A DNA stretch of 64,000 bases from Chrysemys picta bellii. Lineage: Eukaryota. A model generated the notes under the pieces. That model saw nothing but the letters and a program-made list of their open reading frames with translations, made no database searches and was not told where the DNA came from. The stretch spans positions 34,410,001 through 34,474,000 of the forward strand of contig NC_088797.1 of the NCBI RefSeq assembly GCF_011386835.1, written 5' to 3'. The position numbers were made by a program, and so were the translations under genes. Positions 21,401 through 35,700 of the stretch are shown here, piece by piece. The number at the start of each line of letters is the position of its first letter. Positions within the stretch are counted from its first letter, which is position 1.

Positions 21401-21554
21401 AGGGGTGGGGCTGATCGTCAACCAGAGTGACGCTGCTCCTGGGGTTACGCAGCTCACCCTGCGGGAGCAGCTAGAAGCTGTGTTCCATCGAGACTGGAGC
21501 TCTCCCTACTCACAGCCACTCAGCCCCAAGCCCAGCTGTGCCACCAAAAACTGA
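11775..21554 (+). CDS. PLD3/PLD4-family phospholipase D / 5'-3' exonuclease-like type II membrane protein (PLD3-like), up to 13 coding exons, about 788 aa (712 aa if started at Met 15191)
   Basis: Exons 11775-11855 (tentative), 15044-15376, 15626-15724, 16516-16950, 17493-17683 (TM: [25 protein letters not shown]), 17938-18121 (LVESIP), 18224-18338, 18519-18646 (HKD1 [20 protein letters not shown]), 19012-19212, 19504-19643, 20138-20303, 20981-21080 (HKD2 HNKYMVTD) and 21361-21554 (GTSNWS). All junctions are GT-AG and phase-consistent with no internal stops. The catalytic exons are secure; the 5' exons are less so. Confidence 0.88.
12660..12850 (+). mobile_element. CR1 LINE 3' fragment in PLD3-like intron 1
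   Basis: 'gtaattaaccattagaacaatttacc...gtggattgctcatcatctgcagtctttac...ctggatgattttctag' resembles the CR1 3' end (from memory). Confidence 0.6.
13005..13203. mobile_element. Penelope-like element terminal-repeat fragment forming a 77-bp inverted repeat
   Basis: 'tttcagagtagcagccgtgttagtctgtatccgcaaaaagaacaggagtacttgtggcaccttagagact...' is the abundant turtle Penelope-like end sequence (from memory). Arms at 13039-13115 and 13127-13203 are reverse complements with 2 mismatches and an 11-nt loop. Confidence 0.75.
15938..16190. repeat. About 90-bp degenerate tandem repeat, 3 copies, intronic
   Basis: Recurring 'gg(g/a)ctggatc(g/a)gagc...aaaggcccc..t.tccca...gagcc' at about 15938, 16030 and 16118. 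Confidence 0.65.
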
Positions 21555-23378
21555 GAGCAGTTCCCCGCCCGAATGCTGGGCCAGGCCCAGGACCTCTCCT
21601 CAGCTGGATGTACATATGCAGCGTCCCTTGGAAATCCAGCGCTATGGCAGCTTGCACCAGACTGCTTCTGCTCCCCCCTGCTCCGGGAGGGATCCCACTA
21701 GCCGAAGAAGTACCAGTGCAGGCAGCAGCAATGAAACACCTGAGGGGGCCCTGGATGCCAGCATGTGACTTGTCAGCACTAGTGCCGTGGTGCTTGCCTC
21801 CTGGCTACACTCTGAAGCTGGAGGTGTGGGGCCCTGGCACGTGGACATTAGCTAAATTTCAGGCATAGGCACCAACTTGGTGGGTGCTCTCGGGCTCAAG
21901 CACCGACAGAAAAAAAAAAAAGGGGGTGCTCAGCACCCACCAGCCACAGCTATTGGCTGGGGCCCGTGGCTGGCCACCGAACAGCTCTTCGGCAACTAAC
22001 GGGAGGCACTTCGGGGAGGGTAAAGAGGACAAGCAGCAGGCAAGGGGGGGGAGGGGTGGATAGGGGGAGAAGCAAGCAGCGAGAAAAACAACTCAGTGCC
22101 TATGGTCTCAGGGTCTAAAACCCTCTCCCAGAAGGGATGGGCACCTTCACAGGGAGAGGAGCTAGCCTTAAATTTTATTTGGGAACTGAAATTCTCCAGT
22201 TTCATGACGGGTATTTTTTTTAGGTGGGTCCCACTTACAGGTGCTGGATTGGAACTTGCTTCCTGCACTCCGGGCTGGGGGAGGAAAATAGGTCTTGGGG
22301 AAGTGGCAGGAAGAATTAGGAACAAAAGTAGTTCATAGGCTGCAAGCCAGTGCAAAGTGGCACTGCCCCAGGGCTGAATGGAGGGGCTGGTTGCAGCAGT
22401 GACCCATGGCTAGATGTGGCTTGCTGTATTGCAGGGGCCTGGGCCCTTGTCCTGTGGCCCTGCCAGCTGTGATGCCATTTTAGCGGTTGAACCGATGCAG
22501 ATTTAGAGAATACAGTTTGGTGTGGGGAGAGTGATACAGCCAGCACCGAGAGCTGGGTGCTACAGCTGTGGCCATAGGGGCTAGAGGAACAAAGACCCAC
22601 AGCCACCTAAAGGCACTTAAATGCAAAATGTTTGGGTTTAATCTGTCCCTTGACCACAGGGTCTTGGTCTCAAAGTGCCAAGGGCTGTAGATCTCCAAAG
22701 GTCTCCCATCTCTTTGTGAGCTGATAGAGTCTCCTCTGGGGCAGGGTGATTATGGCTCAGAGACAGTCTCCCATGGGGTGGGGTAGGGCTCAGAAAGGGT
22801 CTCCTCCTCTTTCCAGGACTGCTGATCCATTTATTGTATTGCTTACCATAGAGGATATTGCACTAGTTTAGAGAAGTGGCTTAGGGGGCTGAGCGTGTGT
22901 GTTTAATGTGGGGCAGGGTCCATACGTGTATGTGTGGATCTGAGCACTTGGTGCTCTCAGACCAAGATGTGAGGTGTGTGCAGAGAATGGGAAGTGGTGG
23001 TGGGGTTCTGTATAGAGTGGGGTGTGCTGGGGGAGGGGTGGGCAATGGAAAGCTGTGCCATACTGTGAGGCGCAGCCCCCTGAACTCGACTCCCAGGAGC
23101 CACGATCAGGGATTTGTTGCAGGGGTATCATGGCCCCCTCGGTGGGTGAATTTCAGGGAGTTTTGAAGGGGGTGGCTCCCTGTGAGTGGGGATTCAGGTG
23201 GGTGAGGTCTTGTGGATCAATCGTGGTTGGAGATAGATTTTGGGGATGGGGAGGTCTCAGACTGGGATTTGGGGGAGGAATTACAGAGCTCCCAGGAGCT
23301 GGGGGGGCGGGGCTGTTGACTCAGGCACGTGGGAGGGGTATGTCGCTTTCCAGAGTTTATTTTTGTACCTGACTGCCC

Positions 23379-23384
23379 AATAAA
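23379..23384 (+). terminator. Candidate polyadenylation signal for the PLD3-like gene
   Basis: First AATAAA found on plus after the PLD3-like stop (21554). Confidence 0.4.
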
Positions 23385-23419
23385 ACGGGATTTGGTATAA
23401 CTCACCTCCTGTCAATGAC

Positions 23420-23721
23420 TGTGCGCCCCGCCCTTCGCGATGTCAATCACTGTTTCCCTCCTACTCTCTCTGACCGGCCAGACCCCGAGCTCCCCCTGGC
23501 GTCCTCTGGCCAGCGCGGCAGCCGCTCGCTCGGCGGCTGCCATGATATTTTAGGCGCCGCTGTGACAGCAAGGAGCGCATGCGCACAGAACCCTACAGGT
23601 TTCTTGGAGGGGCGGGGCTCCCGTGGAGCAGTGAGGGAGGAGCTCGGGGAGAGTGGCGGAAGGAGCGGGGCGGGGATTGTGGCGGGTTCCTGCCGGTCTT
23701 CGCTCCTGACCCGCTTGGAAG
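23420..23721 (+). promoter_or_regulatory. POLR2G CpG-island promoter
   Basis: CpG-rich, with GC boxes (gccccgccc about 23426; ggggcgggg about 23609) and a perfect NRF1-type palindrome GCGCATGCGC at 23575-23584. Confidence 0.7.
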
Positions 23722-27238
<3,517 letters not shown>

Positions 27239-27421
27239 AATACAAATCCATCCCTCTCGCTGCGTGTCTGGGCTCCAGTTGGGAAGCAATTGAGCTGCAT
27301 CCAGGCCAAACCTGCTCCCTGCACCTACTGCTGTATTTATAGTGTACGGATCTACTCCCCTCCACTCAGCAGCTGGGAGTTGGGGGGTGGCTGACGGACC
27401 AGAGCTTCCTCCTTCACCTCC

Positions 27422-27447
27422 AATAAAAGTTCCTTTGTTTTAATAAA
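27422..27447 (+). terminator. POLR2G polyadenylation signals
   Basis: AATAAA at 27422-27427 and again at 27442-27447, followed by a T/GT-rich tract. Confidence 0.75.
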
Positions 27448-29419
27448 GCAGCATTTTGTGTCTCAACCCGCAAAGCAGGGCCAGCTGCCTTGGGTGGGGC
27501 TCATGGCTCCCTTTCCTGAGCACGAAGGGGGCTGCCCTGCTCTTCAGCACTCCAGCTACTTGGCACCTCAGCCTTACATGTGGGTAACAAGGGAGGCACA
27601 ATGGTGCAGCTGTTTAGACTATGCCATGTGACCTGTTGCACAGCTGCCAGTCTGGCTTTCCCAGAGAGCATTACTGTCTGTACTCTGGCTATGCCCCTGG
27701 TGTGCCCGGGGCTCTATGCACACAGCCAGTCCCTGCCCCACCAGAGTTGACACTCTAAAGGGCAAGGTGGACACACAGATACAGGCAGACCACCAAACAG
27801 CACTGGGGAGGGGGGCTGGGCTGGGCTGTTATAAGGCAGGGAAGCAGGGCTTCCCCTGAATCAGTGCAAGGATCCTGGGTTGTGCACCTTGGCTCACCCA
27901 TGAGTCCCACATGCTGCTCACACCAACCTGCCCCAAAGACCACTCGGGTTGCTCTTTGCTGCTTGCTTTGGCTGCAGGGCTTGGGAGTCTGTGTGAAAAG
28001 GACAAAGGGAGATGGACGGGGTGGGGCAAGCTCTGCTCCCGAGCACTGCTGGCCAGGACGTTTGTCACCCATCCAGCAATCCCCTCGCCAGCCCCTGCCA
28101 TCTGGCACCCTGGTCCTAGCCGGGGCTGTGCTGGGGAACTGGTGCAGGAGCTCTGACGTCTGGTTATGCTGTCTGCCCTGGAAGGGAGCAAGCTAGTGTA
28201 GGAGCTGTGTACCATAGACATGCGGGGGCAGCCCTGGTGCTGGGTAAGAGCCCCCATGGTCTAGAGCACAGTGCCAGAGCAAGCGTATCACAGAGCCAGC
28301 AACCTTGGGCCCAACTGGGTCTCCCAGCCCTGCCTCTCACCCTGGGCAGCCAGGTACTGCCAGCTGCCCTGTCTCTCTGGAGCTGGCCACCATGTGGCCC
28401 TTTATCACTAGTGTCGGGTTTATAATGGTGCCATGGAGCCAGGCCCATGCTCAGAAAGGGCCCCGGCCTGCTCTGTGCCCTGAGACCCTGCCAGCCCACT
28501 GGCTCTCCCCGCCCGCCCACCACTTGCTCCTTTCAGCCAGCCACTGGCAGACCAAGGGCTCCTCTCACCCCCAGGCCCCACCTGCTGGCTTCTCTCTGCC
28601 CCCTGGCCCGACCCCAGTGCACCTCCAGCTCTGGGAGGCAGTCTCTGCTTCCCACCACCTGTAGGGCCCCACCTGTCTCCCTGGAGCTGAGCTGCCTGGG
28701 ATTGGTACAGAAGTCTAGCCAGTCTTGGCCAGTTGGGGTGGGGGAAACTTGGCTGGGCCCCTCCAGGCAAGTTGGTCCGGAGGGAGCCTGGCCAGGGCAG
28801 GCCCTGGCCTCGCTGATCTCGCCACTCCAGGGCCAGAGCAATTCCCCATCCCAGGACCAGCCCTGGCTGCACCAGCAACTCAGCTCAGCAGACACAGTCG
28901 CCTCCCAGCAGGGCCGGTGAGTATGGCCGGGAAGCAGGGAGTGGGTCTCTTGGAGGTCTGGGGAGGGAGATCTCTATATGTTGGGACACTAGGGAGTGGG
29001 GGTTCTGTGTGGGGTGCTGGGCAGTTGGGGTGGGGCTGTGGGCAGGAGGGTGCTGGTTAGGGAAAGTGTTGTGCAGGGTGCTGTGCATTTGTGGCAGGGT
29101 CTAGGGGGGCACTGGGCATAGGGAATGGGGGGGGTGTTCCAATGTGTGTGGGGGGCATATGTGGTGCAGCATGGGCCATTGTGCATCTGGCAACTGCCGG
29201 TTTGTAAGTAGTGCCCTCGCCCTGGGCTGGGCGGACCATGTCATGCCTCTGGTAGGCCCCTCCCTCACTCTGGGGACCAACCACCCCCCGCCGTTGCATG
29301 CCCCATTGCCCCCATGGGGGCCCACAAATACGTTTGGTGCCAGGCCCACAAAAGGTTAATCTGAGAATCCAGGGGCAAGTGGGGGGTTATCATCGGGGAG
29401 GGCTTGTGGGGCGCGTTGG

Positions 29420-29720
29420 TTAACTCGGGACGCGAAGCACTCGGAGGGAGAGAGGCTGGGGAGCGCCCACGTGGTTGGAGTTTTAAAGCCATCACTGTTC
29501 CCTCCCATTGCACAGCTCCCTCTGTACGTGACCCAGAAGCGCCTCTCCTGTTGCCTCTCTAAAGCCCCGCCCCCTTGTGACGCCATATAAAGGCGCCGGG
29601 CTATGGTATGTCGTGCTGTGACTGGGTGTGCGGCGTCTCGCTTTGCGGTTCTTTTCTCTTTGCTTTACGGTGGTCCCGCCCCGGGCTCCTCCCTTTTCTC
29701 TGCTAGCTAAGATGGCGGCG
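29420..29720 (+). promoter_or_regulatory. EEF1G promoter / 5' TOP-like start
   Basis: CpG island with E-box CACGTG (29468-29473), GC box (about 29564-29574), TATAAA (29586-29591), pyrimidine tract TTCTTTTCTCTTT (29649-29661) and YY1-type AAGATGGCGGC (29709-29719) overlapping the ATG. Confidence 0.7.
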
Positions 29721-32700
29721 GCCGGGGTGAGTGTGTCGCCTTCGCGGGTCCCCCGCTCCTCTCTGGGCAATCCGTTTCCATCCGCTCCTGGGGGGCTGGT
29801 CGGGGTCTGGGGGAATGGCAGGGCTGGGGCGGAGGTGGGCTGGTCTGCCTGACGGTGGTATTGTGGGGGGCCTGGCCGGGGAGGGGGGTCCCTGCGGGGG
29901 CTGACCCGGGACAGGCCCCAAGGAGGGGGTAGGGGGCTTACCTGGTGCAGGAGAGCTGGGGCTGGCACTAGGGGGCTAGGGTGGGGGAATGGGGAGTGTG
30001 CGGTTAGGGGAGACGGCAGCGGCGGGGTTGTATTTGGAGGCTCCTGCAGGTGGGGGGCAATTTGGAGGGGGTGTTGACTTCGTGTCTGCCTTTGGTGGGA
30101 GGTACTGGAGGGAGGGGTCTCTGCCTTAGAAGCCCCTATCTCTTGAGGAGGAGGTGGCTGCCGTAGGATTAAGGTATTGGTGGAGAGGGGGAGTGTGGTA
30201 CTGATGGGGGGGGGGGGTAGGGGAGAGGAGTCTTTCTGGGTGTACAGCGGTACCTGGAGGAGACTTCTGCACTGGATTCTACTGTCCTTGTATGTCCCTT
30301 TGATGGAGAGGTGCAATGACCAAGAGGAGGGGTGTTGGCTTAGGTGTCTAGTCAGTGGGGTGGAGGCAATAGATGGGGGTTGTCCCAGGGTGATGAGTTT
30401 GTATAGAGAGACAGGGCTTTCTGGTGCATGGCAAAGCTGGCAGTGAAGATGAGTGGATGGGGGTGTGGCCCAGAGTGCTTGGGTTTCTGTTGGGGTAGTG
30501 GTCTTTGTGCATGTATGGGGGACCCTGAAGCAAAGGGGGCATTTGATCTGGGGTGCTGAGGATTTCTGTGGGTGAGGGGAAGTCTGGGAGGCGGAAGGAG
30601 GCGAGTACCTGTGTGAGAAGGTGATGTCTCTGAACTGGTGACAGGGCCTTGGGTGGATGAAGGGAACCACTGTCTGGTGAATGGGGGAAGGGGGTACCCG
30701 GGGTGACCATGGGAGATGAAGGGGCAAAGGGGGGGGGCTTTCTGGGTGAATTATAGGGTTGCTAAAATCAGCGTGGTGGGGGTTTGGTTTAAGGAGGAGG
30801 ATCTTCCTGGGGGACAGAGGAGACTGAGGAGGGTGGACCAGAAGACAGATCTTGGTGATGTGCTCCTGCATTTTTTGGTACTTTGTTCATTTTCTGTGTT
30901 CTTCAGACTCTCTACACCTACCCTGAGAACTGGCGGGCATTTAAAGCCCTCATTGCTGCCCAGTACAGTGGGGCTAAGATCAAGGTCCTCTCCACCCCAC
31001 CCCAGTTCCACTTTGGGCAAACCAACAAGACACCTGAGTTCCTGAAGAAATTCCCCGTTGGGAAGGTAACAGTGCTGCATGTGCCTCCTTATACTGAGCG
31101 AGGAGCATTGCTAGGGGTAGTGCCAGGTTTCCAGTAATGAGTCATTCAGATTAGAGAAACAGGTGTCCTCTGGGGTCACTCTGTCCCTCCCTCTAGTCTC
31201 CATGTGCTGGGTATATGATGGTTGGGGAGGCCTGGTCTGGCAGAGGGCAGACCAGCTGCAAACAGTGCTGCATTGCATCTCCTGGTAGAGAAGGAAATGT
31301 TGGTAGCTAGAGTGTGGTGGAGCTGCTTATGTCACTTTACCCCTTGGGCGTCCCACAGGTGACAGCTGTGCACTGACTGCTCATGGTACTTGGGAAATGA
31401 GCTGTGGAGGGACAAGCCCTGAGTAGCCCTCTTCTCCACTTTCTTTCCCCCCCCCCCCCCACATGCTTTCCCTGCTGCAAGCCACTCCATCCCCCAGGGA
31501 TGGGTGTCTAATGGGGAAGGAAACAGCAGAGGGGCTTCCTTGGTGCCTGCTGGAGGGCATGAATGCCTCCCTCCTTGCCACCCTGTGTGGGGTGCTGGGT
31601 GTCAGCAGGGCCGAGATGCCCTTGAGATGACTAGTATGTCGGCCCTTGGGGGAGGGGGAACTGGCTGTGCTCTGAGGGCTGGTGGAGTTAGCTAGTGTAG
31701 CTGAGGGGGCGGGGTGCTGCACAGGCAGGTAAAAGCCTTGGTTGCTCACTAAGGGGTGCAATGGTGCTTGCTTTCTAGGTTCCTGCGTTTGAAGGGGCTG
31801 ATGGATTCTGCGTGTTTGAGAGTAACGCCATCTCACACTACGGTAATAGCCAGGGGGCTGCCCCCAGCACCTGGGGGGAAACTTCATGGAAAGGGCATAC
31901 CCTGTGCAGCTTGTACCAGGCAGTAAAGTTAGGGTGTCCTTGACGCCATCCAGCTGCTCCTGCCTCTGCTGCTGTCCGTGCTGGGCTCAGTGGAGTAAGC
32001 AGTGTGTTGGCCAACTCCTTACAGAGTCCAGCGCACCCACGGTTGGGTCAGTGCCTGTGGACTTGCTAGACCTGTGGTGCCTGAGGCTGGCTGGGCTTGG
32101 CTCTTCCCACAGCTGGCTCTGCCAGGGCAGTTCTGCTTCCCTTCCCCTAATGATAGCCCCACTCCCGGGGCAGGTAGTTCTGCTGCTGGGGGGGGGGGGG
32201 AGGTGGAAAAGATGGGATGTGTGTGTTGATTTGGGGGGTGTATGTCTTGGGTGGACATGGCTGGGTGGGGTTGGTGTCTCTCTCCATCCCAGTGACCAGC
32301 TGGCTCTGGTTCCAGTCAGTAATGACGAGCTGCGGGGATCCACCAAGGAGATAGCTGCCCAGATCATCCAGTGGGTGAGCTTTGCTGACAGTGACATCGT
32401 CCCTCCCGCCAGCACCTGGGTCTTCCCTACGCTGGGCATCATGCACTACAACAAGCAGGTCAGTGGGGGGTGGGGCAGGTAGCTCCTGCTCTCCTCCAGT
32501 ATTCACAGTCCCAGGACCTGGCCAACTCCTTGCTGCCCCTGTGTACATGTAGGAGAACTGGGAGTCCTGGAAGTTTCCACTCCTGATACTGCTGTTCACT
32601 AACATCCCCTCCTGGAGTGTCAACAGCTTAGATCTTGGCTGTGAGGCAGGGTCAGGATTTTAGGGGTGCGCACCACTGGCTGCATTACGGTAGCACTCAG

Positions 32701-35700
32701 TGACCTGTCTCACTAGGGGTGAGACAGATGCATGGGGCCATTGTCGGTGTCTGCCATCCCAGCATCTCTCCAAGGGCCTGGCAGTGAGACCTTGGCCTGA
32801 AATCTCTGAGGAGAGGCTGCAACTGTTGAAGTGTCCTTGCCCCCTGCCATTCACAGCTAACGGAGAATGGACACTCCTTCCAGCTTGTTGGAGGCCCAGA
32901 ACCTCTGAGTCTGGGCTGCCATGGTGCAGTAGGGGTACAGTGAAGCTCCTGGCACGGCCTCCCTGATTCATGCAGATGGGCCCATGCCAAGGAGGATCTC
33001 TCTGGGCAGCCTCTCCTCTGACAAGTGTCACTGGTGCCTCTACAGCTGGGAAGGCAAATAGCCTGCGCCAAGGCTGCGGTCTGTGAGGAACTGCTGGCCC
33101 CTTACCCTGAGGGTCAAAAGGCTGCTGTGAATACAGGACTCCTGTGGTAATCCAGTGAGACCAGCTTCTCTCTTCCCTGTTCCTGCAGGGACTGAGATGG
33201 ATGAGGGGTGGGAAGGGCCACACCGAGCTGATGGGCCTCCAGCTCCCCTCCCTGCTGGGGTTCTGATCAGGAAACAGCCACACGGCCAGGCTAGGTCTGA
33301 GACTGCATGTCTGGGACTTTCTCCTGCTTTGGGGCCCATTCCTGTCTTGTTGCCAAGCTTGGAAAGAAGCTGCAGCATCTCCTGCCAGCTGGGGGTGGGG
33401 GAAGGAGGGCGATGCCAGTCGTTGATAGCTTGTGCATCTCCTGCACCTCGGTTTGGGAGTTAGCAGGCCCCATGGGATGTGGGGGGAGAGGGGGAATTTG
33501 CCTCATAGATAGGAAAGGACTTTTCCTGAAGTCAGTGGTTGAACTGGGGTTAGAAACCAGGAGACCTGGTTCCTCTGCTCTAACCACTAGAGTGCACCTG
33601 GTCTGGTTTGGTTTCCTGGGAATGATGAGGAGGGGAGGGTGTTTAGGTGGCGGTGAAGCGGTTTCCTGTATTCAGTGGCACAATGTATGGCGCCTGAGCA
33701 TCTTTCTGTCCCCCTGCCTCAGTGGGGCTCACCTGGTCTTTTTGATCTCCAGGCCACAGAGTATGCCAAGGAGGAGGTGAAGCGGGTCCTAGGCATCCTG
33801 GACTCTCACCTGAAGACCCAGACCTTCCTGGTGGGGGAGCGCATCACACTGGCTGACATCACTGTTGTGTGCACCCTCCTCTGGCTCTACAAGCAGGTGC
33901 GGGGAGGCTCAGTGCTCTGTCTGAGGCTCCATGGTAGGGGCAGGAGGGTCTGGTTCTGGGCTATAGCTTAGCTAAGAGTTCCTGCTGTCTTGGGGGCTGT
34001 AGCTGGAGTCCGGTGTGCAGGGTGGGACTTTGAGGGGGCAAGGCTGGTTATGGATTCCAGTGTGGCTGCAAAGACTTGGGGAGTGGCTGCTTGTCCCTGG
34101 GGTAGGGGTAGATGCTCAGGAAACCCCTCTTCTGATCTCAGTGTCCTGAGCCATGGCTGGCTCCAGTTGTACTGATCTCTGACCTTTTCTCCAGGTGCTG
34201 GAGCCATCCTTCCGCCAGCCCTACAGCAACACCAACCGCTGGTTTGTGACCTGCATCAATCAGCCGCAGTTCAAGGCCGTGCTGGGTGAGGTGAAGCTGT
34301 GTGAAAAGATGGCTCAGTTTGATGGTGAGTAGCTCCCTAGGCAGGGGTCTGGCCCTCTGCCTCCCCTCTGAGGGGTGTGTGGCTGTCCTGGGTCCCCTGG
34401 TAAAAGCAGGCTTTGTTGCTGCAGTGAGTCTAGAGAACATCTTGGAGGGGGAGAAGGGTAGGGGGATCCTGCTTGCTAACTCTCTGGGTTGATTCTGCTG
34501 GGATCTGTGTACCCTGATCTACTGCCCTCCCCCCCCCCCCCCCCCTTGTGGGGCTTCACTCCACCCCTGATGTGGTTCTGAGGCTACTCCACCCTGGGTG
34601 AGGGGAGGACGCAACCACAGAAGCTTTAGCAGGGAGCTGTGGCTGCTGTGATCAGGGTCTCCCTGGTTCGGGGCTAACAACGGCTGGGTCAGGGTATCAG
34701 TGGCTGGATTTCTGCTGTTGCTAAGTCTCAAGATGGTCTGCCAGGCCTCTCCCATAGGGAGTGGGAGAGACCTGGCTGCCCCACCCATGGGCTCCTTCCT
34801 CCCCTTGATGCAGCCAAGAAGTTTGCTGAGAACCAGCCAAAGAGAGATCTCCCCAAGAAGGAGAAGCCCGCCAAGGAGGAGAAGAAGCAGGAGAAGAAAG
34901 AGGAGAGGAAATCGGAGCCTGAGGAGGAGCTGGATGAGTGTGATCAGGCCCTGGCTGCTGAGCCAAAGTCCAAGGACCCCTTTGCTCACCTGCCCAAGAG
35001 GTGCTCACCTGCTGGGCCAGCCCTGGCTGGTCGGGCTCCTGCAGGGAAAGTGTGGAGAGGGGGCTGGATCCTGGCAGTTGCATGGCACTAATCTCTCCTC
35101 CCCCCCCCCCTCTCTCCCCCCCCCCCCCCCCCCAACAGCTGCCCTGAACTAATTGGGCTCCTCTCTGCTGCTGGTGGGCTGGGCCCTGGGAAGGGCCGGT
35201 TCCCATGCTCTGCTCCCCTTCTCCTCTGGCCTCTTCTGGGCAAGCTGCCACTAGCTCTTGTTTGCGCCAGACAGTGGGGACACAGCCAGCCCCCTCCTGC
35301 TGCTCCATGGGCCTCTGGATGGGAAAGGGCAGAGTGGCCTTTCCAGAGCAAACAGAGGAGTTGGCTTTGGGAGCCCAGTCCTGCCCCTCCCTGCCTCTAC
35401 CCCTTGGCCCTTAGCAGAGGGAGCAGCCTCTCTTGGGAATCAGATTTCAGGCTAGGGTCCCCTTGCTCATGGCTTCTCTGCTGCCTCCCCTGGCCACCAG
35501 GGGGCAGTGACTGCATGCTGACAGGCAGAGCCTCAGCACTGCTGAGTTGGAGTCATCCCAGTCCCACGCCCTGCTGCATGCCTGGGATAGCTTCATGCGC
35601 TGCACTGTCTGGGCCCATAATCCCTGCTGGGATGTGGAACACATGGCCAGAGGCGTGGAAGATGGCGGGGTGTCCTAGCCTAGGACCACTGGGTAGGCTG

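Noticed and set aside
29492-30871. 459-aa minus-strand ORF overlapping the EEF1G promoter and intron 1
   Set aside because: Pro/Ser/His-rich low-complexity translation explained by the G-rich plus strand, which yields few minus-strand stops. No domain, and it is antisense to a housekeeping gene.
34525-35135. Long poly-C runs (also at about 31446, 41314, 44116) and poly-G at about 47526
   Set aside because: Simple homopolymers of uncertain assembled length, with no additional structure.
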